Source of the DNA: Candidatus Thorarchaeota archaeon
Lineage (GTDB): Archaea > Asgardarchaeota > Thorarchaeia > Thorarchaeales > Thorarchaeaceae
Reading direction: 5' to 3'
Assembly (NCBI GenBank): GCA_029855935.1
Contig: JAGSHN010000027.1
Coordinates: 1 to 64,000 of the forward strand
Length of the DNA: 64,000 nucleotides
The number at the start of each line of letters is the position of its first letter. Within the stretch, counting starts at the first letter, position 1. Of the stretch, positions 45,694-56,400 are shown in pieces. The notes under the pieces were generated by a model that saw nothing but the letters and a program-made list of their open reading frames with translations, was not told where the DNA came from and ran no database searches. The position numbers were made by a program, and so were the translations under genes.

Positions 45694-48600
45694 TCAGTCG
45701 AGGTCAAGCCCAATACTGCGCAACAGTGCCTCAAGGTCGGCCTTTGAGAGTGTCTTTGCCTGTTCGAGTATGATCTCAATCTCATCGGGACCTATGCCCT
45801 TCTGCTCCAGTCTCCTGCGCAGTTCCTCAAGCTGCTCCGGATGCTCCGCCAGGGCCGGCTCACGGACCTCCTGTACCTTACCCTCGGCCTCGGCAATGGC
45901 CTCGGCTCGACGCTGCTCCTCCTGGGCGATGACCTCCCGGAGGAAGCCGACACGCTCGCTGGGCTTCATCCTCGCGAGGTCAGACCTGAAGGCCTCAATC
46001 TCCTCGTCACCAAGACCGGTCAGCTGAGCGAGGTACTCCAGTAGCTCCTCGACCTCTGGTACCACAGCCTTGATTGGATATCCATCAACATCCTCCGACT
46101 CCTTGGCGAGGTTGACAGGAGCCAGCTCTTCATTCGCCATCTCTAGTAGGACGTCCTGCCGCGACCTCACAGGTGGTGCCTTGGGCACCTTGCCGCGCTT
46201 CAGCGCGCCGAGCATTCTGTTGATGTAGCGGATCATCTTTGGCACGCTGAGAACCTTGACATAGAGTAGGAGCAGTAGCGCAAGGATGACCAGAGAGGAG
46301 CCACCGTAGACGGCCACGTTCTGAGCAAAGATCTGCGCCTCACTTGGGCTGGAGTAGATTGTGAATGCGACCTGCTGTGAGACGAAGTCGTCCTTTGAGA
46401 GAGTGACGACAAAGTAGAACGTGCCGGGGTCAGTCACCTGCACAATGAAGACGTACGTGCCGTTGCCAGTGTTGCGTGTGAAGTCGGGGTAGAAGGTGAG
46501 ATTTCCATCGCCACTAATGCCGACCTCATAGTCGGCGTCGTCAATGCCCACGTTGTGGTCGAGGTCCCAGTACTGGACCGTTATCTCAAGACTCGCTCCT
46601 GGGTAGGTCCGAATCTCCTGAGTGGACACGTAGTAGGTCGTCAGCACCTGACGTACCGTGATCTGCACGGTCTTCACCGGGATGAGATAGTAGGGCCCAG
46701 AGAACACAAGATCGACTCGGTAGGTGTCAATCGGCAGGTCTCCGCTCACTGAGAGGAGGTAGGAACCGTTCTCCATCTGGGTCAGAGGAGCAATACCGAT
46801 TCCCTGCCAGTGAGCCTCGGCCACAAGATCAGTGATGATCTCGTCTGTAAGGTCATTGCGCACCGTGAACGCCAGAGAGGCGGTCTCATTGATAGGCAGC
46901 GAGTACGCTCCGACGCCGAGTATAGTGGCCGGAGTCCTGAGCATCACAAGGTTTAGCTCGATTGTGCCAGTCGCATAGTTTGGCACAGTCATCGACACTG
47001 ATACGATGTAGGTACGTGGATTGGTCACATTGACGACCACTGTGATCAGGTACGTGCCATTGCCGAGGTCGGTCACAACAGCGGGGCCACCAGACCAGCT
47101 CGCCGTCACTGAGGCACCGACCACGGGCTGATCGTTGTGGACGTCCCAGTACAACGTCCTGAACTGCACGGTGTCGCCGTAGTAGCCGGACAGAGTCGGC
47201 GCAGTCGAGTTGAGTACCGTGGGGACCTCGAAGACGTTGAATGACACTGTGCGTCGTGCTGTGGCGTAGCCATCCCGGGCTGCAATGACCGACAGCTCAA
47301 GACTGCCAGTGCTGAGCCGACTGGTGTTCACGGTTGTCACATATGTGCCATCAGGCTGCTCGTGGAGCAGACCTGACAGACCGCCCACCACGTAGGTCAC
47401 GCTCGCGCCCGTGACTCGTGTGCCCACAAAGGTATCGTTGTATTCAACAACGAGCTGGACAATGTCACCATAGTATGAGTTGACGAGTATCGCGCCACCA
47501 TTCAGCGTGAGCGATGTCGGTGTAGGCAATACTATGATCGTCACAGGAGTGTCGAGGAAGTCGTAGTTTGGTGCCAGAGCATGTAGTGTCGCCTGATAGT
47601 CGCCAATGGCGAATCCTGTGGAGTTGATGTAGCCGACGTAGTACCCTGGCGTACCGTTCGCATACAGGTGCGCGACTTTGTCGCCCCACAGGAGCGTGAC
47701 ATTGGCATCCTCGATCGGTACATTCCGCGCTGTGGCATTCAGGTACACCCAGAACTCGTTGAGGCCCGACGGATAGACATCCACAACAGAGGACATCGCC
47801 ACTATCGATCCCGAAGCCTTTGTGACAACCAAGGTAAAGGTTGCAGAGCGGGGCTGATAGAACTGCTTGGACGCCACGACCACAGGCTCGTAAGTACCAT
47901 ACCTCTGAGTGGCGGTGTCTAGATGAAGGACGTAGGTGCCGTTGCCAAGGTCGACAAAGGGATAGACCGTACCGTTCCACTGCAGCTCCACCGTCATCTC
48001 TGGGACGGGCGTATTCGTCAACGCCTCGACGACATCGGCGCGAATATCAATGAACTCGCCCCACTCAGCATAGTATGTGGTCTTTGATAGAGTGAGATCG
48101 ACTGTCAGTGCTGCAGGCTGGATCATCACAGTCGCTGTTGCCTGGCGGTAGTCCGTCTTCGTCGCCCACACGGCAAAATAGTACTGCTGAGCCAGCAGAC
48201 CAGTCGTATTGATGGTCAGCTGATAGACGCCACCACCTATCTCCATAATCGTGACCGGAGTGCCATACAGTGACGTCCAGTTGGTCTCCACCGTGGCCCC
48301 AGTCACAACAGTGTCGTGGTCGGAGTCGTACAACGTGACATTGACCACATGTAGGGCTCCCACAGGTAGTGAGGCTGGCGATGGTGCCTCGGTGACCAGT
48401 GTAGTCTGGATGAGCCGGATCACTGCACGGATGTCATACGCCGAGCGCTCAGCATAGTATGGATAGCCCGGGCGACTCGCAGTGAGATTGAAGAAGATAG
48501 AGCCAGTACCGAGGAACTGCGAGGTGGGTATCTCAAGGAGGTAAGAACCGTCGCCGTTGTCGGTGATGTTGTAGATGCCCGGCGAGATATTGAGGAATGC

Positions 48601-51600
48601 GACCGACACGGACGCACCGCTTATGCCAGCTCCGGAGATGAAGTCTGTGTACTCGAACACGATGGATATGTTGTCGCCGTAGGGCGTGGTACCGACAAGC
48701 GGAAACAGTATCTGAGTGGGCCGCTCGGTCGTCGTGGCATAGGTCGTCGCGTTGCGTGCTGCATAGTACGGAGGCTGGCCTGTCTTGTCGATGGTCACAT
48801 AGATGGGAACATTCGATACAAGGTGAGTGGAGTTCAACAGGGTGGAGTTGAAGCTTATCGCGTACTCCGTGCCGAGAGAGGCAAGAGAGTAGTCACCAGA
48901 GCCTATCGGTGTCTGGGCTGGTCCAAAGGTCAGAGCAATGTTCGACTTGGTGATCGATATCGCCTGGCCCGTGAGGAAGTCACTGAACTTGAACTGGAAT
49001 GTCACATTCTCAAGGAACGGTGTGTTGCCCGGCGTCTGGGTGATCAGAATCTGCGTCGGGCGCTCGCCTACACGAATGTAGATCACCCTATGTGCTGGCG
49101 CGTAGAATGGCACGCCCGACCAGCTCAAAGACACATTCACCGGGAAGGCCCCGAGGGAGCCCAGAGACTCACTATCGACGAGAATCCTGAACTGTCCGTT
49201 GCCCAGTGGCACAACCCAGTAGTCAGTGCCCTCAACGAGCGGGCTGACGGATGAGTTTGAGCAGGACACCACCACAGTTGCTCCGTCGATGGGAGAGCCA
49301 TCATTGTCGTCTGTGTACGTGACCACGAAGGTCGCATTCTCAAGGTAGTACGTCAGATCGGGTATCTCATATGCAAGCTGGGTGGCCCGCTCTGAAACAG
49401 CGAACCCGAACACATCGCTGGCATCCGCCTCATAGTTCGAGCCAGTGTAGACAATGGTCGCATTGAGAGTGAAGACGCCATCCGATGGGAACCCTGTGGT
49501 GTTGAGAACGACCTCGTACTGCCCGTTCCCAAGATACGTCACCGTGTAGTAACCTGCCAATGAGGCGTTCAGCGTCAGTGTTCCCGTCATTCCACTGGAC
49601 GACCCAGAGATCAGGTCGGTGTAGGTGAAGACCACAGTCACGTTCATTCCCCACTGGCCCGGCTCGAAGGAACCGTGTGTCAGCTGAGTGTTGCGAAGCG
49701 TGACCCGCAGGGTGAACGACTGGTTTGCCAAGTCCCTGTAGTAAGGCTCACCGCTCCACCCGATGTTCAGGTGCAGCGTGAACGTGCCGACGCCTCCCAG
49801 AGACTGTGTGTCGATCAGCATCGTGAAGAACCGGCTGGAGTCATCGTAGGACAGTGAGTAGGAGACCCAGCCCTCCGCCAGAGAGATCGAGATGGCTGAG
49901 CTGTTGGCAATCCGCTCCGACGAGAGCGAGTCAACGTAGCTGAAATAGAAAGTGGCACTCTCACCAAAGGGCGCAGGCTCAATCGGCACGTAGTCCAGAT
50001 ACGTGAGCCGTTCAAGCACCACGAGGCTGACGGTCATGCTCCTGTTCTCATACAGGGGGGCCTGACCAGAGCGCCACGTGAAGTTCAGTCTAAACTCGAA
50101 TGTCCCAGTTATGAGGAATCTTGATGTGTTGAGCCTGAACTCGTACGTCCCGGGCGATCCACCGAGCTCTGATACGACGAAGTCGGCCTGCGTCACAGGG
50201 TGACCAGCAGTGATTGGTGTGATGTAGACGAACACGTCTCCTGTGGAGTTGGATATGCGGGTTGAGTTGACCTTGTCCCAGTAGACCACCGTGAACGTGA
50301 AGTTCTCAAGATAGTACTTTGCCGTGGGCGCCTGTTCCAAGTAGATGCTCGTGTCAGTACCGAGGATACGCACCGATGTATGGATTGTCCCGTTGTAGTA
50401 CGTCGGTACCGGGCCGGTCCACCGGACTTCGATGGTGATGTCTTTCCAGCCAATCGTTCCCCACTGGTCAGCAGAGAATGTGATGTTGTAGTGGCCTGTG
50501 CCCAGCGTCGAACTCGAGACGCTCCACGTGAGAGTGGCCGTCGGCGACGAAACGGTGATACGGACATACCCGGTGAGGTTGTCGATGCCCACGCCGAGAT
50601 CCAGATCGCGGTACTCCACGAGCACGATCACAGTGCCCGTGTATGGTGTCTGGTCCACAGGCTTGTCAAGCACAAAGAGTGTGTCGTGGCTTCTGATCTG
50701 CACCTCGACAATGAATGTGTGATTCTGATAGTTGGGTCGTGATACGTCGAACTGCACAGTGTAGAAGCCGCCCGGTGAATTGACCGGGTCGTCGTCCTCC
50801 GTGAACAGTGTTATCTCGTACTCACCGGGCGAGACCTCAATGACCGTGTAGTTCTTCTCGCCAGTGGTGTGGAAGCTGGTCCAGTTGCAGACAATCGAGT
50901 TGTTGGCGCCAGTCACCGGCACATTCGAGTCCGTGTCTGTCCACGTCAGACGGAACGAACGCGACTCGCCCACAGGTATTGAGAGCTGATTGGCCGTGTA
51001 GGAGATGGTATTGTAGATCTCGCGTACGTCAACGTACAGGATGAGGCTCTTTGCCACAACAAACGGTGCTGTGGCCTGTACGAGTATGGGGTATTCTCCT
51101 ATCGGGATGCCAGCCGTTGAGAGCGTCACATCATAGAGGCCACCACCGACCTCAGCCACTGTATACGAGGCAGTCCAGTTGCACGTGATGGTTGCACCTG
51201 TTATGCCTGTCCCGTTCACGTTGGTATAGTTGACTCTGAATGTCTGGTCAAGACCAACGGCATTTGAGATTCCAGGATAGTCAGGTGACTCTAGGGTGGC
51301 GTCATAGTAGACGTTGAAGATGATCTGGGCAGTGGAGACGTCATACGCAGTGCGCGACCACGATATGTCCATTGTGAACTGGCCCTTGCCGGGCACAGTG
51401 CTTGTGTCAATGACCTTCGTGTACTCACCGTTGCCGCTATCATCGAATGTACCTGACCCACCAGCCCACGTGTAGCTCATAGTCCCACCCGGGACCAGCA
51501 CGTTGCTGTCTGTGTCATTGACCTTCAGAATCACTAGGACGAGGTTCTCATAGGTGGTGTTGGTCACCCACGTGGACACCGCGTCCGAGAGATATGACAT

Positions 51601-53430
51601 CACAATATTCGAGGTATGTCTGACAGTAAACGGTCTCTTGAAGAAACCGACATTCTGAACAGAGCCGCTTGCCCCCTCGTCGGTGGCATAGGCCTGAACC
51701 ATCCAGTTGCCAGCCGGAGCTGTGGAGCCGTCCATGACAAATACCGAGGAGGTGGCATAGCCCAGAGCGTCCACTGTGGCGTTCTCGGTGTACCAAGTGC
51801 TGCCGTCGGGAGCGAATATCGTGATGTTGACAACCGAGTTTGTGTACTGTGAGCCAGCGTAGACCCGGACCTGGCTGGAGTTGCCCGCACGCAGCTCGAC
51901 AGTGCGCGACCACGTCGCGGTGTTCGGATCATACAACTTAAGGTCTGTGATCATATTGGGCGCAGTGCTCAGTATGCGCCAGTACCCGTACCGACCTGCC
52001 TCGGTCGTCACCTCGTATGCTGAGACGTTCAGGTACCCGTCACCGGGGTCGCCACCACTCCACCCACTGGTGAGATTCTGCGAACTCGTCAGAGGTCGAG
52101 ATACGTTGAACACGTCTCGCGTCGAGGGAATGGTCATATTGAAGAAGTACCTGTTGACGTAGCCCTCGGGGATGTCAGCGTAGAAGTAGTTGGCAAACTG
52201 CGCGTCGGTGCCATTCTGCACCGTAAACGTCTCACCGTAGGCCGTCGGCGAGATGTCGTAGACCGTCAGCGCGTTGTGCCTGCGGGCGAACATATTGATG
52301 TTGACGTCAAACTCCACGATGATGGGCCTGTTAGGTGTGGGATTGGTCGGTGTCGGCCACCACGAGAAGTTCATCGGAATGGGGTTGCCTGTCCACGGCA
52401 TCTGTGGGTCCTGAGTCAGAGAGCCGGTGCCAGTCGTGGTGCCATCGAGGACCGACTCTTCATTCATCTTCAGGTTTACATCTGACGGATTGGCGAGCGT
52501 CTTCACGTAAAGCTCGACATTGTCGAACTTGGCCCTTGGAGCGATGTCAGGATCGTACCCTACGTTCTGCTTGCTCCAGAGGCCCACCTCAATAGACACA
52601 GAGGGCAGGGAGAAGATGTCGCTGGGCACTGACACGAGGCCGGAATCAAACCATGTCTCCTCAGCCCCAATGTCATCGAAGACGAGCTGCCAGACCATAG
52701 AGCCCTCGACACGAGCGTACACTGCAAAGGAACCAGTCATTCCATAGTGGGTGTCATCCCGAGTGTCTGCCCAGTAGTCAAGCCGTAGACCCGCCCAGAC
52801 CACGGGGCCTCTGTCTACAGTCATTGTCTGTGTCGCGTAGGCATAGTCCCCAGCGTCATAACCGTACGGCGCGGACTGCGAGTTGCTGTTGATCTCGACA
52901 TCCACGCACGGTCCGCCACTGGCGTCGCCTGTGGAGTTGTATGACGCTGCAGGAGTGCTGGAGCCACCAGCACCAGTGGTAGCGTAGGTCCAGTCATTCT
53001 GGGTCGCAAAGTCCGGACTATGGACCCACGTCCTGTTCTCGGTGAGCTGAGTCACCTGCAGCTCCGCGTGGTACGCCTCCCAGTCCGGGCCCAGAGACAC
53101 GTTGACCGCAGAGCCGACCGTCGTGTTGTCGGTGTTGTAGCGCAGCGAGACCGCGTCTACAATGGTCGTGCTGTTGCCGTATTCGGCACCAACCCGCGGG
53201 GACGCTATGCCATTCCATTCCACCCAACCCTGGTCTGAGAGAACGAACCTGTGAAGCTCCTCGCCAGGTCCAACCTCGATAGTCTGTCCATTGCCAATGT
53301 CAACTACGCGGTTGGCCCCCTTCTGTCCGTCGGTGGCAGAGGACGGCATCTTGGCCATCTGACCGGCCGAGAGCACAGACACTGTCAGGAACACGAGCAA
53401 CAGGGCAAAGACCACTATCTTCCGCTTCAT
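45694..53430 (-). CDS. Giant single-pass Ig-like-repeat surface protein (~2578 aa) with conserved cytoplasmic domain
   Basis: Signal peptide, an ~600-aa N-domain, roughly 17-19 ~100-aa beta repeats (YxDxxxxxxIxGA..DxGxGxY), a TM and an ~185-aa charged helical tail. Confidence 0.9.
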   Translation of the reverse strand: MKRKIVVFALLLVFLTVSVLSAGQMAKMPSSATDGQKGANRVVDIGNGQTIEVGPGEELHRFVLSDQGWVEWNGIASPRVGAEYGNSTTIVDAVSLRYNTDNTTVGSAVNVSLGPDWEAYHAELQVTQLTENRTWVHSPDFATQNDWTYATTGAGGSSTPAASYNSTGDASGGPCVDVEINSNSQSAPYGYDAGDYAYATQTMTVDRGPVVWAGLRLDYWADTRDDTHYGMTGSFAVYARVEGSMVWQLVFDDIGAEETWFDSGLVSVPSDIFSLPSVSIEVGLWSKQNVGYDPDIAPRAKFDNVELYVKTLANPSDVNLKMNEESVLDGTTTGTGSLTQDPQMPWTGNPIPMNFSWWPTPTNPTPNRPIIVEFDVNINMFARRHNALTVYDISPTAYGETFTVQNGTDAQFANYFYADIPEGYVNRYFFNMTIPSTRDVFNVSRPLTSSQNLTSGWSGGDPGDGYLNVSAYEVTTEAGRYGYWRILSTAPNMITDLKLYDPNTATWSRTVELRAGNSSQVRVYAGSQYTNSVVNITIFAPDGSTWYTENATVDALGYATSSVFVMDGSTAPAGNWMVQAYATDEGASGSVQNVGFFKRPFTVRHTSNIVMSYLSDAVSTWVTNTTYENLVLVILKVNDTDSNVLVPGGTMSYTWAGGSGTFDDSGNGEYTKVIDTSTVPGKGQFTMDISWSRTAYDVSTAQIIFNVYYDATLESPDYPGISNAVGLDQTFRVNYTNVNGTGITGATITCNWTASYTVAEVGGGLYDVTLSTAGIPIGEYPILVQATAPFVVAKSLILYVDVREIYNTISYTANQLSIPVGESRSFRLTWTDTDSNVPVTGANNSIVCNWTSFHTTGEKNYTVIEVSPGEYEITLFTEDDDPVNSPGGFYTVQFDVSRPNYQNHTFIVEVQIRSHDTLFVLDKPVDQTPYTGTVIVLVEYRDLDLGVGIDNLTGYVRITVSSPTATLTWSVSSSTLGTGHYNITFSADQWGTIGWKDITIEVRWTGPVPTYYNGTIHTSVRILGTDTSIYLEQAPTAKYYLENFTFTVVYWDKVNSTRISNSTGDVFVYITPITAGHPVTQADFVVSELGGSPGTYEFRLNTSRFLITGTFEFRLNFTWRSGQAPLYENRSMTVSLVVLERLTYLDYVPIEPAPFGESATFYFSYVDSLSSERIANSSAISISLAEGWVSYSLSYDDSSRFFTMLIDTQSLGGVGTFTLHLNIGWSGEPYYRDLANQSFTLRVTLRNTQLTHGSFEPGQWGMNVTVVFTYTDLISGSSSGMTGTLTLNASLAGYYTVTYLGNGQYEVVLNTTGFPSDGVFTLNATIVYTGSNYEADASDVFGFAVSERATQLAYEIPDLTYYLENATFVVTYTDDNDGSPIDGATVVVSCSNSSVSPLVEGTDYWVVPLGNGQFRILVDSESLGSLGAFPVNVSLSWSGVPFYAPAHRVIYIRVGERPTQILITQTPGNTPFLENVTFQFKFSDFLTGQAISITKSNIALTFGPAQTPIGSGDYSLASLGTEYAISFNSTLLNSTHLVSNVPIYVTIDKTGQPPYYAARNATTYATTTERPTQILFPLVGTTPYGDNISIVFEYTDFISGAGISGASVSVAFLNISPGIYNITDNGDGSYLLEIPTSQFLGTGSIFFNLTASRPGYPYYAERSAYDIRAVIRLIQTTLVTEAPSPASLPVGALHVVNVTLYDSDHDTVVTGATVETNWTSLYGTPVTIMEIGGGVYQLTINTTGLLAQQYYFAVWATKTDYRQATATVMIQPAALTVDLTLSKTTYYAEWGEFIDIRADVVEALTNTPVPEMTVELQWNGTVYPFVDLGNGTYVLHLDTATQRYGTYEPVVVASKQFYQPRSATFTLVVTKASGSIVAMSSVVDVYPSGLNEFWVYLNATARNVPIEDANVTLLWGDKVAHLYANGTPGYYVGYINSTGFAIGDYQATLHALAPNYDFLDTPVTIIVLPTPTSLTLNGGAILVNSYYGDIVQLVVEYNDTFVGTRVTGASVTYVVGGLSGLLHEQPDGTYVTTVNTSRLSTGSLELSVIAARDGYATARRTVSFNVFEVPTVLNSTAPTLSGYYGDTVQFRTLYWDVHNDQPVVGASVTASWSGGPAVVTDLGNGTYLITVVVNVTNPRTYIVSVSMTVPNYATGTIELNLVMLRTPATILGVGAYSLPINETASLAFTVRNDLTDEIITDLVAEAHWQGIGIAPLTQMENGSYLLSVSGDLPIDTYRVDLVFSGPYYLIPVKTVQITVRQVLTTYYVSTQEIRTYPGASLEITVQYWDLDHNVGIDDADYEVGISGDGNLTFYPDFTRNTGNGTYVFIVQVTDPGTFYFVVTLSKDDFVSQQVAFTIYSSPSEAQIFAQNVAVYGGSSLVILALLLLLYVKVLSVPKMIRYINRMLGALKRGKVPKAPPVRSRQDVLLEMANEELAPVNLAKESEDVDGYPIKAVVPEVEELLEYLAQLTGLGDEEIEAFRSDLARMKPSERVGFLREVIAQEEQRRAEAIAEAEGKVQEVREPALAEHPEQLEELRRRLEQKGIGPDEIEIILEQAKTLSKADLEALLRSIGLDLD

Positions 53431-53435
53431 CTCTC

Positions 53436-56400
53436 TCACTCCTCCTCACCCTTCAGCTGCCGCAGCAGCGCGTCTATCTCGGCCTTGGTCAGGGCCTTCG
53501 CCTGTTCCACAATCAGATCTACCTCATCAGGCTCGATACCGAGGCCGAGTAGCTCTTGTCGAAGCTGCTCCAGCTCCTCCTCTGTCAGCGCCCGTGCCGC
53601 CTCAGGTGGCGCCGCCTCCTCGACTTCGGGCGCGGCTGCGACCTCCTTGGCCCGTCTCGCCCGCTCCTGCCTTATGACCTCACGTAGGAACCCAGCACGC
53701 TCGCTGGGTCTCATCTGGTCGAGGTCTGCACGGAGTGTGTCGATGTCAGACTCCGTGAGGCCGACGAGCTCAGCGAGCTCTGCCAAGAGAGCCTCAACAT
53801 CCAAGGCGGACACATCAACCGTCGACGGGGCCACGTCCTCATCCGTCTTCGTTATGTTGACGGGCTCCACCGACTCGTTCATCATATCAAGAATCATTGT
53901 TCTACGGTCACGCACAGGGGCGGCGGTGGGTACACCACCCTTTCGGAGCACACTCTCCATGTGGCGAATCTTGCGCACGAGAGGCGGCACCGAGAGGACC
54001 TTGATATAGAGCGCCGCAAGACCACTCAGCACAAGAATTGCAGCAGCGAGATAGCCGAAGGACGTGAACAGGGCCTGACGCTCGGGCGTCATCACTGTAT
54101 ACACCACGGCCGTGTACTCCGCCGCCTCGTGATCGCTGACGGACAGACGGATGTGAATCTCGTACGTGTTGAGTCCCGGACCAACAAACCCAAAGACATA
54201 GGTCCCGTTGCCCAGGTCGCGATTGAGGTCGGACACCAGTTCAAGTGTCGTCCCCTCGGTGCTGTTGACGGCACCGGGCAGCGGCCTGTCGTGATCAAGG
54301 TCCCAGTATGTCACTGTCACAGTGAACTCCTCACCCTCGTAGAATGTCGATGGATGACTTGCGACCCGCAGCTCGGTGTGGATGAGCCTTATTGTCATAC
54401 TGCTCCTGATCTCAGCGACAGAGTAGTTACCACGGGTCATGGTGACACGGATGGCGTAAGGTGTAGACCGGACCTCCAACCTCTCAATCCCCGTCGCCTC
54501 AGGACCGAAGGCATAGGAGCCGTTGCCCATTGGGACGAGGCTCACTGCTCCAAACTCCCAGATTGCTGCAGCAGTGCAGTTGGTCACGGGCCGGTCATTG
54601 AGTGTGTCCCACAGGGTGAACACGACAGTGTAGTCATCTCCCACTGGGAAGTCCACAGTGGTCGTGCCACGAATCTCCGTGGGTATCGGTCGCACCACCA
54701 ACCTGACTGAGCTAAACGCCGACTCGTACCTGTCACGAGAGAAGGCGAGGAATATGTCGTAGGCAAGAGGACTTGCTGGTTGAATCGTGGAGTTGATTGT
54801 CAGGACGTAAGTGCCGTTGTGGAGATCCACAAGCTGACCTTGTGTCAGACCTATCTCATAGATGGCTGTGGCATTGGTCACTCCCACATCATTGTGAGTG
54901 TCCCAGAACAGTAGGCGGAACGTAGCATTCCTGCCGTAGTACACCTCTACCTGACCACTACCAAGGACATCAATTCTCGTGGGAATACGTAGTACAGTGA
55001 CCACAAGCTGTGTGGTCGCGGGGGTGTGAGCAGCCTTGCTGGCCGTCACAGTCACGACCCAGCCTCTGACATCCAGATTGGCAGTCGGCACAATAGCGGT
55101 GTAATACCCAGGTTGTGTGGCAGGCTGCATCTGGCCCTCAATGTCTGCGATACGGTAGGTCACGTTTGCCTCAGTCACTGGCACCCCGAGATCGGTGTTG
55201 TTATAGTACACCGTGAGGTTGAACGTATCGCCATAGGTGACCGACAGACTTGTGATGCCCTCAAAGGCCAATAGTTCAGTTGATGCCTCTCTCACCTCAA
55301 TCGAGATTGACGAGCTGGCACTACCGTAGTTCGTCGATGTGGCTTGGAACGTCAGCTGATAGCTCCCGACAGGGACATCCGGTACCGACAGCAGGCCCTC
55401 GTACCGAGCAGTAGTGACGTTCCACACCAAGTAGCCACTCCCGCCAGCCCAGCTGAAGGATATTGATCCGACTGGTATCGACGAACCGTTCGCCGCCACG
55501 GTGTAGTAGGCCAGCAGCTCAGTGGTCTGGCCAAGAGTCAGTGTTGACTGACCTATGGACACCACAAGTGAGGCGGGCACCTTCCCTATCCTGATGTCGA
55601 TGTCGACATCACGGGTCTCGTAGTTGGTGAGCTCCGAATGAAACGTGAGTCTGTAGTCTCCAGCCGAGTAGAGTTTGGTCCTGATTGTAACTTGGTAGAG
55701 ACCACCACCGACCTCCGTCAGCACGTAGATGTCGCCAACCATCTTCAGTGTGACGGAGGCACCAGTCACGGGACTGGCATCTCGGAGATCGGACAGCGTG
55801 ACATTGAAGGTCACGAGGTCGCCGTAGATGATGCTCACAGGCGAGAATGTCACGTCGAGGTCCACAGGTACTGGACTGAGGGCGAAGTCCGCCGTCACTG
55901 TCTTGTTGTAGTGGAGATGACGGGAGGCATTGACATGAAACTCGTAGACGCCAGCAGTGAGCCCAGATGTGTCTATTGTCAAGTGATAGATTCCGTTCCC
56001 CACCTCCGCTATCGAGGAGCTGGTGCCATAGAGCGAGGTCCAGTCAGTGACCACAGTGGCACTCTCGATTCCGAGACCTGTCAGTACGTTCGTGAAGTTT
56101 ACATTGAGAATGACTGTGTCGCCGGAATAGTAGGTCACACCAGCTGGGACCGTCACCTCAAGGCTCGTGGACACAGGGTTCACAATGACAGAGAAGAAGA
56201 CATTCGTCTTGTTCTGATAGAACGGCGAGCCGGTGGAGGTGATGTTGAAGACGAAGTGATATCGTCCTGTCGAGCCAAAGGTGCTGGTGTTGACTCTTAT
56301 CTCATAGATGCCGCCACCAAGGTCCAGCACCCAGCTCTGAATGGGAGTCACATTCAAGCATTTGACGGTCACGGTGGCACCCGGAATCCCAGCGCTGGTG